Assembly: GCA_903887815.1 (NCBI GenBank)
Contig: CAISRK010000188.1
Location: 1-50,898 of the forward strand
Source: an uncultured Bacteroidales bacterium
GTDB taxonomy: Bacteria > Bacteroidota > Bacteroidia > Bacteroidales > UBA4417
Reading direction: 5' to 3'
Length of the DNA stretch: 50,898 nt
A model generated the notes under the pieces. That model was given only the letters and a program-made list of their open reading frames with translations. It was not told the origin of the DNA and searched no databases. Below, one piece after another: positions 16,629-26,369 of this stretch; positions within the stretch are counted from its first letter, which is position 1, and each line of letters begins with the position of its first letter. Made by a program: the position numbers and the translations under genes.

Positions 16629-19166
16629 TTACTGAATCATCAATTTTGTAACATTCAGGTCATTATTTACAAGGGTGCGTAACAAATAAACGCCTCGCGG
16701 CAGGCTCGAAACGTCCAGTTTTAGTCTGTTCGGACCTAAAACCGCATTTGAGTTCAGAGTAAATACAACACGTCCGGTAATATCTGCGATGCTAATATTT
16801 GCCATTCCGCTTTTCATCAGGTTATAGTTCAGATTGACTTCACCCTTAGCAGGATTTGGATAAATGGAAACATCAAATGTACCCGGTTTATAATCAGCCA
16901 GTCCAACAAGCGAATTATTATAAACCTTAATGTTGTCAACTGCCAGTTCCGAGCCACCTGCTGTTGCATTCGGCACACCTGTAGTAGGATTAGTATAACG
17001 ATCAGTTGTTAGCACAAAAGCAATCCATACAGGACGATTAAACCAACCATTGGGTGCGTCGGGAGTTATTTTTTCCTTCAGGTTTATAGATCGGCTTGAT
17101 AAACCCGCACCCGGATTCCCAACAGCAGCTGACCAGCTCTCAGGAGCTACGGAGATAAGCAGATTCCCGTTTTCCTCAAAATACTGAACATTTCGGGTAG
17201 CTCCGGTTACAGCCGGTGCAATATATATTTTATAATCATCCGGGTAGTTCCCCGAGGATGTGAGCGACATTGCCTGCCAGCTTAGCGTTGAATTATTCAA
17301 TAATCCTATAGTTGGTAATATCATCCAGTCGTCGGCTCTGCCGGTTAGCGGCATATTCGAACAAAACGATGAAGAAACTGCCAGTTTGGTTCCTGCAACT
17401 TCAGGGCGCGATGAGGTGGAAACAAGCCATGCACTATCCTGCCAGCGTTCCTCTCCGGAAGCCTGTATATAGCCATCATTATTAATTACAATCCAATCAG
17501 AAGGAAGTTTTCCGGGCAATTCATCGAAAGGCTCGTAGAAAATGGTAGTTTGCCCCGGAGGAACAACAGTAACAGTAACTACCCATGCTGCAGTTGAACC
17601 ATCCTGTGCTGTAACGGTGTATGTTTTAGGCGTTGTATAATTCTGGGGCACTCCACTTGCCGGCGAGATTACAGCATTAGGAGATACGGTAATCGTCGGC
17701 ACTAATGCTGTTACATTGGTCCCGGTAGGTACTTCAAGCGTAACAGTTTTTGTTGAGGCAGTGACAATACCTGTAACAACCGGGTTTAATCCTTCAAACT
17801 TGAAAGTAATAATATCCTTGCCTGTAGTTGGTGGTGTTTTGGTAACTGTAACAATCCAATCCTGGATTAGTGCTCCTTTTGTTAAGGTATAAGTAACAGG
17901 GTTTGTAAAATTGTTCGGCGTTACTCCGCTGACCTGTGCGACTGCTCCAACTTTGGCTGTTGTATTATCTGATAAAGTAAAGGTTGCAACCAATGCGGTT
18001 ACATTAGTTGGATAAGGTACTGTTAACGCAACAGTATGCGCTGTATTATTAATAATCCCAACTACATTAGGCGTTAAACCTGCAAATTTATAGGTAATAA
18101 ATGCCGGGGTTGTAGAGGGTGACGACCAGTTTTCGAAACTTGGATTTGCTATCAGGTTACTGGTTCCCTGCATGTATTTGGCATTGTCGAGATAAAAAGT
18201 GGCTGATCCTGTCCAACTCGCAACAACATCATAAATTCGCATTACCAAATATGCTTTAACGGCATCCGCCGGAGCGGTACCAGTCATGGTCAATGTCTGC
18301 CATGCAGGACTATTGGCACTGAATACAGTTGATGTTACATTTGTACCTATACCTGCGGCATTAATAAAGACCAACCGGGTATTAACTTCTCCGCCTGGAT
18401 CATTATCAAATACATTAATTGAAAAGTTATAAGCAGCACCGGATGTAACATTAAATGTATCGCAAACATAATAGGGAGTTCCGGTCTCGGTAAATGTTAT
18501 TTTCGCTGAAACAAATCCATGTGACACATTAGTTAATTCCGGAATTACAGTCATTGGAACAAAGTTAGCCGGGGAGGATTCTCTCCATTTCAATGGCAGA
18601 GCACCTGTAGCAATAACCGGGGGTACCCAGGTTTCGAAACCGGGATTAACAATCAGGTTGGTAGTGCCGCCTGCCTGATTGTAGATAGCCTTATCAAGAT
18701 TGAAAGTTGCGGAACCTGTCCAACTTGCAACAACATCATAAATTCGGATAACTACATATGCTCTAACGGCATCCGCCGGAGCAGTACCCGTCATGGTTAA
18801 TGTCTGCCATGTCGGGCTATTCGCGCTAAAGGTTGTTGAAGTTACATTGGTACTTGTTCCATTAGCTTTTACAAACACCAGACGTGTATTAACCTCACCC
18901 CCGGCATCATTGTCGAGTACATCAATTGAAAAGCTGTAGGTTGAACCGGAAACAATATTGAAAGTGTCGCATACATAATACGGGGTTCCGGTCTCCGTAA
19001 AAGTAATCTTTACCGACTTTGACCCCTCCGAAAAATTATCGAAATCAGGCGCAATAGTCATTGGGACAAAGTTAGCAGGAGAGGATTCTCTCCAATTAAG
19101 AGGCTGAGCTCTTAATGTTAATCCAATTGCTGCCAAAGCAATGATGAGTAGGAATTTTGATTTCAT
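16629..19166 (-). CDS. Mosaic T9SS-secreted surface protein: 2x CBM-like jelly-roll repeats, 2x Ig-like repeats, choice-of-anchor-J-like domain, T9SS CTD
   Basis: The ORF runs to 19220, but the signal peptide MKSKFLLIIALAAIGLTLRAQ begins at the ATG at 19166. There are two ~169-aa repeats (PLNWRESSPANFVPMT... / PLKWRESSPANFVPMT...), each ending in NLIxNPxFExW. Two ~85-aa repeats follow (ITYKFAGLTP...VTVTKTP / ITFKFEGLNP...VVTVTVVP). Then come FYEPFDELPGKLPSDWIVINNDGY and the CTD VSIYPNPAKGEVNLNY...GVYLLR. Confidence 0.7.
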   Translation of the reverse strand: MKSKFLLIIALAAIGLTLRAQPLNWRESSPANFVPMTIAPDFDNFSEGSKSVKITFTETGTPYYVCDTFNIVSGSTYSFSIDVLDNDAGGEVNTRLVFVKANGTSTNVTSTTFSANSPTWQTLTMTGTAPADAVRAYVVIRIYDVVASWTGSATFNLDKAIYNQAGGTTNLIVNPGFETWVPPVIATGALPLKWRESSPANFVPMTVIPELTNVSHGFVSAKITFTETGTPYYVCDTFNVTSGAAYNFSINVFDNDPGGEVNTRLVFINAAGIGTNVTSTVFSANSPAWQTLTMTGTAPADAVKAYLVMRIYDVVASWTGSATFYLDNAKYMQGTSNLIANPSFENWSSPSTTPAFITYKFAGLTPNVVGIINNTAHTVALTVPYPTNVTALVATFTLSDNTTAKVGAVAQVSGVTPNNFTNPVTYTLTKGALIQDWIVTVTKTPPTTGKDIITFKFEGLNPVVTGIVTASTKTVTLEVPTGTNVTALVPTITVSPNAVISPASGVPQNYTTPKTYTVTAQDGSTAAWVVTVTVVPPGQTTIFYEPFDELPGKLPSDWIVINNDGYIQASGEERWQDSAWLVSTSSRPEVAGTKLAVSSSFCSNMPLTGRADDWMILPTIGLLNNSTLSWQAMSLTSSGNYPDDYKIYIAPAVTGATRNVQYFEENGNLLISVAPESWSAAVGNPGAGLSSRSINLKEKITPDAPNGWFNRPVWIAFVLTTDRYTNPTTGVPNATAGGSELAVDNIKVYNNSLVGLADYKPGTFDVSIYPNPAKGEVNLNYNLMKSGMANISIADITGRVVFTLNSNAVLGPNRLKLDVSSLPRGVYLLRTLVNNDLNVTKLMIQ
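18125..19103. repeat. Intragenic tandem duplication (~507-bp period) encoding the two CBM-like modules
   Basis: Anchors PLNWRE (aa 40 of the ORF) and PLKWRE (aa 209) give a 169-aa period. The two copies are roughly three-quarters identical at protein level by eye. Confidence 0.8.
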
Positions 19167-19462
19167 AAGGACTATGTTTAGGTTAATAAATGGGTATTTG
19201 TTTGTACTTGCTATACACACAACTAGCTAAATATACTTAACCGGAATTAAAAAAAATGATGCTACTTTAAAGTTCTTCCTTAATGATTGCAAAGGGCATT
19301 TGAACCAGCAAAAAACATAAGGCTGTCAATAGAACAGTTATTACTTGCAGACTAATCGTCTTTTACACTATTCAAAAAAAAATAGCTACAGGTTAAGTAA
19401 ATAAATCTCGTCAGGTGTATTTAGATACAACTTGAAATCCTGTTCACATAACCAATGAAAGT

Positions 19463-22400
19463 ATGCGTATGAGAAAGATCATTACACAAATCATGTTGTT
19501 TATGCTTATTGCAACCGGGGCGTATGCGCAACAAACTATTACCGGTAAAATAACTTCAGCAACTACCGGGGAAACTTTACCTGCTGCAACCGTAAAAATT
19601 GCAGGTTCTTCCACCGGAACCCTTACTGACGTCGACGGGAACTATTCCATAAGGGTATTATCAGCTAATGATGTACTCGAAATCAGTTATGTAGGGTATG
19701 CCACACAAAACGTCAAGATCGACGATCAGAAAGCGATTAACGTAGCCCTGGTCCAGAACATGCAAATACTGGAAGGAGTAATGGTGACGGCAATGGGCAT
19801 CAAGGCCGAAAAAAAATCAATCGGGTATGCCGCCCAACAGGTTGGAGGTGATGATCTGAGCAATGCAAAGACAGGTAACCTTGTGAACGCAATGAGTGGA
19901 AAAGTTGCAGGAGTGGAGGTTATAAGTTCATCAGGCACACCCGGGGCATCTTCGAGCATTACCATCCGTGGCCGCTCTTCGTTGCGTGCATCGGGGAACT
20001 CACCGCTTTTTGTGGTTGACGGGGTACCCATAGACAACAGCTACGACGGAAGTTATGTATACGACTATTCTAACAGGGCTATCGACCTTAATTCAGATGA
20101 TATTGAATCACTGACTGTTCTTAAAGGAGCTGCAGCAGCGGCATTATATGGAATAAGGGCTGCCAATGGTGCTATCCTGATCACAACCAAATCAGGCAGA
20201 AGCAATAAAGGTTTTAAGAAAAGCATCAGTTTTAAAACATCACTGGGGTTCGATAAGGTGAACAAATTGCCTGAAAAGCAAACTTTGTATGCTCAAGGTT
20301 CAAATGGAGTCTATTCTTCGACTTCCAACCTAAGCTGGGGTCCTCATATTGATACCCTTCGTTACGATGGAGCAAAGGACTATCCAAAAGATATCAACGG
20401 ACACATAGTGGGTATGAGCGATCCATCTGCTACTGAACAGCCGGCAGTTGCCTACCCAATTGACAACTTTTTCGAAACGGCTATAACAAGTAATTCTTAC
20501 CTCAATATGTCAGGGAATAATGATTACGGAAGTTTCCTTTTCTCGGCAGGCCACCTAAATCAAACGGGTATTGTTCCTAACAGCAAATTCGTACGCACCA
20601 ATATAAAAATAGCCGGTGATGCGAAACTTTCTGATAAGCTCAAAATCTCGGGATCAGCTAATTTCTCCAATTCAGTCAGTAATCTCACTCAAAAGGGAAG
20701 TAACCTTTCGGCTGTTATGGTGGGCCTGATGCGGAATACCCCGACATTCGATCTTACCAATGGCTCCAGTGATCCGGCAAATGATCCTGTTGCTTATATG
20801 TACTCCAATGGTACGCAACGAAATTATTACAGCAGTTACGACAACCCTTACTGGTCGGTTAATAAAAATCAGGCAAGTTCGGAGGTGAACCGCATTATTG
20901 GTAGTACCCAGCTGGATTATGCCTTTTTCCCCTGGCTCAGTGCCATGTACCGGCTAGGTATCGATCATTATTCCGAAAGGCGAAATTCTTTCTTCGATAA
21001 TAACTCAAGCGATACTCCCAATGGCTATGTTAGAGCAAGTATTTATAATTTCAGGGGGATCAACTCCGATATTGTCCTGAGTTCGGAAAAAGATCTGACT
21101 AAAGATTTAAAACTGAATGTCGTGGTCGGGCAAAATTATTTTGATAAAGAAACATATTCAAACAGTCAGCAGGGCGATTCGCTCATTCTTCCAGACTTCT
21201 ATGACCTGAGCAATACAAAAACCGTTTCCGGCGACGATTATGCAACTTCCTACAAGATAGTAGGTTTATATTATGATATCAAATTCAGTTACAAAGGCTT
21301 TCTTTATTTCAGTTCAACCGGCCGCAACGACTGGACTTCAACCCTTGCAAAAGGAAATAATTCCTTCTTTTATCCCTCATTCAGCGGAAGTTTCATTTTT
21401 TCAGATGCTCTTAATATTGATAAAGGTAAAATATTCAGTTATGGAAAAATCCGTGCTTCCTGGGCACAGGTGGGCAACGATGCTGACCCCTATTCTCTTC
21501 AAAACTATTATTCAGCCACACAGGGAGGTATCAGCGGTCAGACTGCCTTTGCCACACAGCGAACCATTGGCAACCATGATCTCATGCCCGAATCAACGCG
21601 TTCATCAGAGATTGGTGCCGATTTGCGTTTCTTTGGCAGCAAAATCAGTCTTGACCTGGCGTATTACCTATCGAAGAGTATCGGACAAATCGTAAGTGTG
21701 CCGGTATCTTATGCAACCGGATACGACCATATCCTGCTGAATGCAGGTGAAATATCCAACAAAGGGTTCGAAGCCCAGATTTCAGTTACACCTGTCGACC
21801 GAAATGGATTTGAATGGGATATGATGTTCAATTTCACCAGGAACCGGAATATGGTTGTAGATCTGCCCGATGGTGTTCCTTTAATCGACTTTGAAACCAC
21901 CGGCGTAAGCAGTACCCGATCAGTTGCTATCGAAGGACAGCCCTATGGTGTGCTTTACGGAACACGCTACCTGCGCGACTCAACCGGGCAGGTTTTAGTC
22001 GGAAACAACGGCTACCCATTGGTTGATGTTCTTTACGGGGTAGTTGGAGATCCTAATCCGGATTACATGTTGGGCATAAGGAACACATTTAACTATAAAG
22101 GATTCCAACTCACATTTCTGTTTGACATAAAACAGGGCGGAGATGTTTACAATGGCACAAAAAATGTAATGTGTTCGCTGGGAACCAGTAAAATAACCGA
22201 AAACCGCGATGAGGATTTCGTTTTCACCGGAGTAAATGTAAGCACGGGTCTGCCCAATGAGGTGAAAGTTAAACGCGACAGAAACTATTACTCCGCACAG
22301 GGCGGACTTGCCGGATTATCGGAAGCAGCCATTGAGGACGGATCATTTGTACGCCTTCGCGAACTTGGGTTTTCATATAATATGCCATCCAAATGGCTTT

Positions 22401-22582
22401 CAAAAACACTTTTTAAAGGCATAAGCCTCGGCATAAACAGCCGCAATCTTATACTCTGGACCAAATATTCCGGCATTGACCCCGAAACAAACCTTTCAGG
22501 CGTTTCGAACAGTCTCGGACGCGACTATTTCAATATGCCCAATACAAAAAGTGTTGAATTCAGCCTTCAATTGTCATTGTAA
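19463..22582 (+). CDS. susC: SusC/RagA-family TonB-dependent outer-membrane transporter (starch PUL)
   Basis: 1039 aa. Signal peptide, carboxypeptidase-regulatory-like ITGKITSATTGETLPAATVKI, plug (SPLFVVDGVPID), beta-barrel ending in an aromatic-rich terminus. A SusD gene and alpha-glucan hydrolases follow it. Confidence 0.85.
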   Translation: MRMRKIITQIMLFMLIATGAYAQQTITGKITSATTGETLPAATVKIAGSSTGTLTDVDGNYSIRVLSANDVLEISYVGYATQNVKIDDQKAINVALVQNMQILEGVMVTAMGIKAEKKSIGYAAQQVGGDDLSNAKTGNLVNAMSGKVAGVEVISSSGTPGASSSITIRGRSSLRASGNSPLFVVDGVPIDNSYDGSYVYDYSNRAIDLNSDDIESLTVLKGAAAAALYGIRAANGAILITTKSGRSNKGFKKSISFKTSLGFDKVNKLPEKQTLYAQGSNGVYSSTSNLSWGPHIDTLRYDGAKDYPKDINGHIVGMSDPSATEQPAVAYPIDNFFETAITSNSYLNMSGNNDYGSFLFSAGHLNQTGIVPNSKFVRTNIKIAGDAKLSDKLKISGSANFSNSVSNLTQKGSNLSAVMVGLMRNTPTFDLTNGSSDPANDPVAYMYSNGTQRNYYSSYDNPYWSVNKNQASSEVNRIIGSTQLDYAFFPWLSAMYRLGIDHYSERRNSFFDNNSSDTPNGYVRASIYNFRGINSDIVLSSEKDLTKDLKLNVVVGQNYFDKETYSNSQQGDSLILPDFYDLSNTKTVSGDDYATSYKIVGLYYDIKFSYKGFLYFSSTGRNDWTSTLAKGNNSFFYPSFSGSFIFSDALNIDKGKIFSYGKIRASWAQVGNDADPYSLQNYYSATQGGISGQTAFATQRTIGNHDLMPESTRSSEIGADLRFFGSKISLDLAYYLSKSIGQIVSVPVSYATGYDHILLNAGEISNKGFEAQISVTPVDRNGFEWDMMFNFTRNRNMVVDLPDGVPLIDFETTGVSSTRSVAIEGQPYGVLYGTRYLRDSTGQVLVGNNGYPLVDVLYGVVGDPNPDYMLGIRNTFNYKGFQLTFLFDIKQGGDVYNGTKNVMCSLGTSKITENRDEDFVFTGVNVSTGLPNEVKVKRDRNYYSAQGGLAGLSEAAIEDGSFVRLRELGFSYNMPSKWLSKTLFKGISLGINSRNLILWTKYSGIDPETNLSGVSNSLGRDYFNMPNTKSVEFSLQLSL

Positions 22583-22600
22583 CCGATAATACCTTTTCTT

Positions 22601-23983
22601 ATGAAAACAAAACTTTCCTTTATAAAATTTCATCTTCTTCTGATAGGTATATTGCTGCTTAACAGCTGCGATTTAGAAGAAACCAATGTCAATCCGAATA
22701 GTCCTACCGATGTTCCGCCCTCGGTAATGCTTCCGTTTTGTCAGGAACGTATAGCTGTACTAAGTTGCGGTACAACCCAGGTAATGTCGGGAATCTTTAT
22801 GCAGTATTACCTGGGAGTTGACAATCATCCGGTACAGGTGCAGCAATACATCCTCAATGAAGCCCTGTATGTGGACTGGAACTGGAACGACTATTATGAT
22901 GGCCCGATGATCAACCTGAAGATAATGATAGATCAGGCCGAAAAAGAGAAATCCTATTATTATGCAGGAATTGGCAAAGTTCTTCTCGCCAATTGTCTTG
23001 GAAATGTCAGCTCGCTTTGGGGAGATGTACCCTATAAAGAATCCTTGCAGGGATCGGTGACACTTCATCCGGCTTTTGATCCTCAAAAAGATGCCTATGA
23101 GGCAATACAGCAATTGCTCGATGATGGCCTTACGGACCTTAAGACCGAATACGTCGGGAAAAAACCTGCGTCGGATGATGTAATATTTGGAGGTAATACC
23201 ACAAAATGGATCGAGGTAGCTTACGCATTAAAAGCCCGGTACTATATACACCTGACTAAACGCACTTCTGAACTGGGTTACAATCCGGCGCAAAAAGCTC
23301 TCGAAGCAGCAGCCAATGCAATGAAATCCAGCAGCGGAGATCTTGAATACCATTTTGGTTTTTCAGCATCCGAATACAATCCTTTTTACTCTTATACCTT
23401 GCTGAATTATATTTTACCTAACCCGAGTTTTACTAACCTGATGCTTCAGCTAAATGATCCGAGAAAATCTTTCTTTTATAAAAAGAAATTTGGTGAGTCA
23501 ACACTCAATGGCTTGTATTTCACTTCAAGTAACTCCCCCGTGCACATGATGACGTATCATGAGTTAAAATTCATCGAAGCAGAAGCCAGGCTGAGGCTGA
23601 ATGATAAAGACCCTGCTGCACAAACTGCCCTCCAGCAAGGTGTAAAAGCGAGTATTAAAAAGATAACCGGGACAGCAACCACCGATGCAGACATAATAAC
23701 ATACCTGAATGCAAATGCGATGCTGACTGGTAACTTTGACAACGACCTCAAAACTATTATCACACAGAAGTATATTGCCATGTTCACATCCATCGAATCA
23801 TGGACCGATTACCGTCGAACAGGCATTCCTGAGTTAGTGCCCAATGCTGGTGGCAACCACAATCAAAATCCCGGAGGAGCCATTCCACGACGATTTGCTT
23901 ATCCTCAAACCGAACGTCTGTATAATCAGAATTTCCCTGCCACTTTACCAACCTTGCAGGACCGGTTCTGGTGGGACAAATAA
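22601..23983 (+). CDS. susD: SusD-like outer-membrane glycan-binding lipoprotein
   Basis: 460 aa. Lipobox ILLLNSC. SusD-like segment KYIAMFTSIESWTDYRRTGIPEL. Positioned immediately after SusC. Confidence 0.8.
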   Translation: MKTKLSFIKFHLLLIGILLLNSCDLEETNVNPNSPTDVPPSVMLPFCQERIAVLSCGTTQVMSGIFMQYYLGVDNHPVQVQQYILNEALYVDWNWNDYYDGPMINLKIMIDQAEKEKSYYYAGIGKVLLANCLGNVSSLWGDVPYKESLQGSVTLHPAFDPQKDAYEAIQQLLDDGLTDLKTEYVGKKPASDDVIFGGNTTKWIEVAYALKARYYIHLTKRTSELGYNPAQKALEAAANAMKSSSGDLEYHFGFSASEYNPFYSYTLLNYILPNPSFTNLMLQLNDPRKSFFYKKKFGESTLNGLYFTSSNSPVHMMTYHELKFIEAEARLRLNDKDPAAQTALQQGVKASIKKITGTATTDADIITYLNANAMLTGNFDNDLKTIITQKYIAMFTSIESWTDYRRTGIPELVPNAGGNHNQNPGGAIPRRFAYPQTERLYNQNFPATLPTLQDRFWWDK

Positions 23984-24018
23984 ACACGGAACTTTTGGTT
24001 TAAAAGAAGAAATTAAGA

Positions 24019-24052
24019 TCAGGCCGGCATATAAAGCCGGCCTGAATACTTT
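24019..24052 (+). terminator. Intrinsic terminator after susD
   Basis: GC-rich 8-bp stem aggccggc (24021-24028) / gccggcct (24036-24043) with a 7-nt loop. The downstream tract is T-containing (gaatactttt). Confidence 0.55.
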
Positions 24053-24224
24053 TAGAGAAGTTAAAAGTGTTTTTAAACCACCAGATCTGCTGAGAAAGAG
24101 AAGCTAGCCAACTTCAATTAAAAACCTTTTAGTTCAGATATTATAGCTTTTTTTTTATACATTTCTATACCACCTCAGGGATTAGCAACAGCTCCTTTTT
24201 ACAAAGATGATAAAATTCTTTCCT

Positions 24225-24236
24225 GCAAACGATTGC
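24225..24236. promoter_or_regulatory. Near-perfect 12-bp palindrome GCAAaCGaTTGC (candidate repressor operator)
   Basis: 10 of 12 positions are self-complementary. It lies about 40 bp upstream of the TAnnTTTG box of the GH13 gene, where a -33 element would sit. Confidence 0.3.
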
Positions 24237-24273
24237 GTATAAATCACTTTGTTTTATATGGATTCTTTTCTTA

Positions 24274-24281
24274 TATCTTTG
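24274..24281 (+). promoter_or_regulatory. Bacteroidota -7 promoter box TATCTTTG (TAnnTTTG consensus)
   Basis: Exact consensus match 22 nt upstream of the ATG at 24303. The same octamer occurs upstream of ileS. Confidence 0.5.
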
Positions 24282-24302
24282 CGGAATCAAAACCGCCGAA
24301 CA

Positions 24303-26147
24303 ATGAAAAAAATCCCTTTCCTGATTATTTGTATTCTGTTTTTCAGAACAGCCTTTTCACAGGGTATCATCGATCATGTGGAACCTCCATGCTGGTGGGC
24401 TGACATGAAAAACAATTCCCTTCAGCTAATGATCCATGGGAAAGATATTGGCAAAACCAAAGCTTCGCTCGATTATAATGGAGTAAAAGTGAAAGGTTCA
24501 ACCGGTACCGGGTCCGATTATCTGTTTGTCGATCTGTCGATTGCTAACAATGCAAAACCCGGTAAGATCACTATTTCGTTTAAAGAAGCTGACAGTGTGC
24601 TGGCTACCATAGAGTACGAATTGAAATCGAGGGTGAAAGAATCTGCCAAACGCCCAGGTTTCACTACAGCCGACATGATGTACCTTATCATGCCCGACCG
24701 TTTTGCGAACGGCGATCCGACTAACGACGATATGCCGGGTATGCTCGAAAAAGCTGACCGCACGAGTCCGAACGGGCGCCACGGTGGCGACATAAAAGGA
24801 ATTGCCGAACACCTCGATTATATAAAAAATTTAGGTGTGACAACCATCTGGTGTACACCCTTACTCGAAAACAACCTGCCGAGATATACCTACCACGGCT
24901 ATGCTGCTACCGATTTGTATAAAATTGATCCCCGATTCGGAACCAACGAGGATTACCGTAACCTGGTTCAATCAGCCCATAACAAAGGCATGAAAGTGGT
25001 TATGGATATGGTTTTCAATCATTTCGGGACCAATTCTTACTGGATGAAAGACCTTCCACAAAAAGACTGGGTGAACCAATGGCCTGAATTTACCCGTTCC
25101 AATTATCGCGGCGGTGTTCTTTCCGATCCTTATCATTCGCAAGTCGATGCAAATAAAATGGCAAACGGCTGGTTCGATGTAACTATGGCCGATTTCAACC
25201 AGAAAAATCCATATGTGGCAAAATACCTGATACAGAATAGTATATGGTGGGTTGAATATGCCGGGCTCGATGGAATCCGCCAGGACACCTATCCTTATTC
25301 CGACAAGGAATTTATGGCTGAATGGATGAAAACCCTGCGTGAGGAATATCCAAACCTGAAGGTTGTTGGCGAAGCCTGGATCAATTACCCTGCGCAGGTT
25401 TCGTATTGGCTTGATAATAAAAGCAACAGTGACGGCTTTCGTTCCAACCTGACAAATGTTTTCGATTTCCCGCTCATGGGAGCCATACAGAAAGCATTTA
25501 CCGAAAAAGAAGGCTGGGATACCGGACTAGCCCGCCTGTACGAACTCCTTTCGCAGGACTTCCTCTACAGCGATCCTTCTAAACTTATCACTTTCGCCGA
25601 TAATCACGATATTGAACGCATGTACCCGGTCCTGAAGACCACCGATAATGTAAAAATGGCACTTGCATTCCTGGCAACAACCCGGGGAATGCCAATGATC
25701 TATTATGGAACCGAAGTCCTTAGTGACAGGGGAACACTCGAAGGTGACCCTGGAAAACGCAAAGATCTTCCGGGTGGCTGGCAGGGTGATGAGGTAAATG
25801 TGTTTACCAACGATAACCTCAGCCCTGAGCAAAAGGATATGAAAGATTACATTTCGACCCTTTTCAACTGGCGTAAAAGCAACAAAACAGTACAGGAAGG
25901 AAAACTCACACATTATATCCCTGAAGATGGTCTCTATGTGTACTTCCGTGCGCTTGGAAAAGAATCGGTAATAGTGATAATGAACAATAACGAAAAATAC
26001 GTTAAAACGATTAATACTGACCGGTTCGCTGAAAACCTGAAAGGGTTCAAAACAGGGAAAGACGTACTTACCGGCAACCATGTAAAAGACCTGAGCAATA
26101 TAGAAGTAGCGGCAAAAAGTGTGAAGATTATCGAGTTGTCGAAGTAA
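24303..26147 (+). CDS. GH13 alpha-amylase family enzyme, cyclomaltodextrinase/neopullulanase-like (SusA-like)
   Basis: The ORF opens at 24249, but the signal peptide MKKIPFLIICILFFRTAFSQ starts at the ATG at 24303. N-terminal cyclomaltodextrinase-type domain (HVEPPCWWADM). GH13 regions I DMVFNH, II DGIRQDTYPY, III VVGEAW, IV FADNHD. Confidence 0.85.
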   Translation: MKKIPFLIICILFFRTAFSQGIIDHVEPPCWWADMKNNSLQLMIHGKDIGKTKASLDYNGVKVKGSTGTGSDYLFVDLSIANNAKPGKITISFKEADSVLATIEYELKSRVKESAKRPGFTTADMMYLIMPDRFANGDPTNDDMPGMLEKADRTSPNGRHGGDIKGIAEHLDYIKNLGVTTIWCTPLLENNLPRYTYHGYAATDLYKIDPRFGTNEDYRNLVQSAHNKGMKVVMDMVFNHFGTNSYWMKDLPQKDWVNQWPEFTRSNYRGGVLSDPYHSQVDANKMANGWFDVTMADFNQKNPYVAKYLIQNSIWWVEYAGLDGIRQDTYPYSDKEFMAEWMKTLREEYPNLKVVGEAWINYPAQVSYWLDNKSNSDGFRSNLTNVFDFPLMGAIQKAFTEKEGWDTGLARLYELLSQDFLYSDPSKLITFADNHDIERMYPVLKTTDNVKMALAFLATTRGMPMIYYGTEVLSDRGTLEGDPGKRKDLPGGWQGDEVNVFTNDNLSPEQKDMKDYISTLFNWRKSNKTVQEGKLTHYIPEDGLYVYFRALGKESVIVIMNNNEKYVKTINTDRFAENLKGFKTGKDVLTGNHVKDLSNIEVAAKSVKIIELSK

Positions 26148-26153
26148 AACGCA

Positions 26154-26338
26154 GGAAGTCGAAAGTCGGAAGACGGAAGCCAGAAGACTAAAGTTGGAAG
26201 CCCGAAGGTGGAAAGCAGAAGGAGGAAGGCTTTCAGTATCAGAAGAAAACTATAATTCGAAGGACAAGAAAAGTTGTTGGAAAGCTTAATTTTATTCTCC
26301 GTGAATCTTCGGGCTCCGGACTTCCGGTTTCCGACCTC
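26154..26338. repeat. Purine-word (gaag/gtcgga) long imperfect inverted repeat
   Basis: The left arm ggaagtcgaaagtcggaagacggaagcc...ggaagcccgaagg (26154-26208) pairs imperfectly with the right arm cttcgggctccggacttccggtttccgacctc (26307-26338). Confidence 0.6.
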
Positions 26339-26369
26339 TTGATCTAACTAATAATAAGAATAATTTAAG

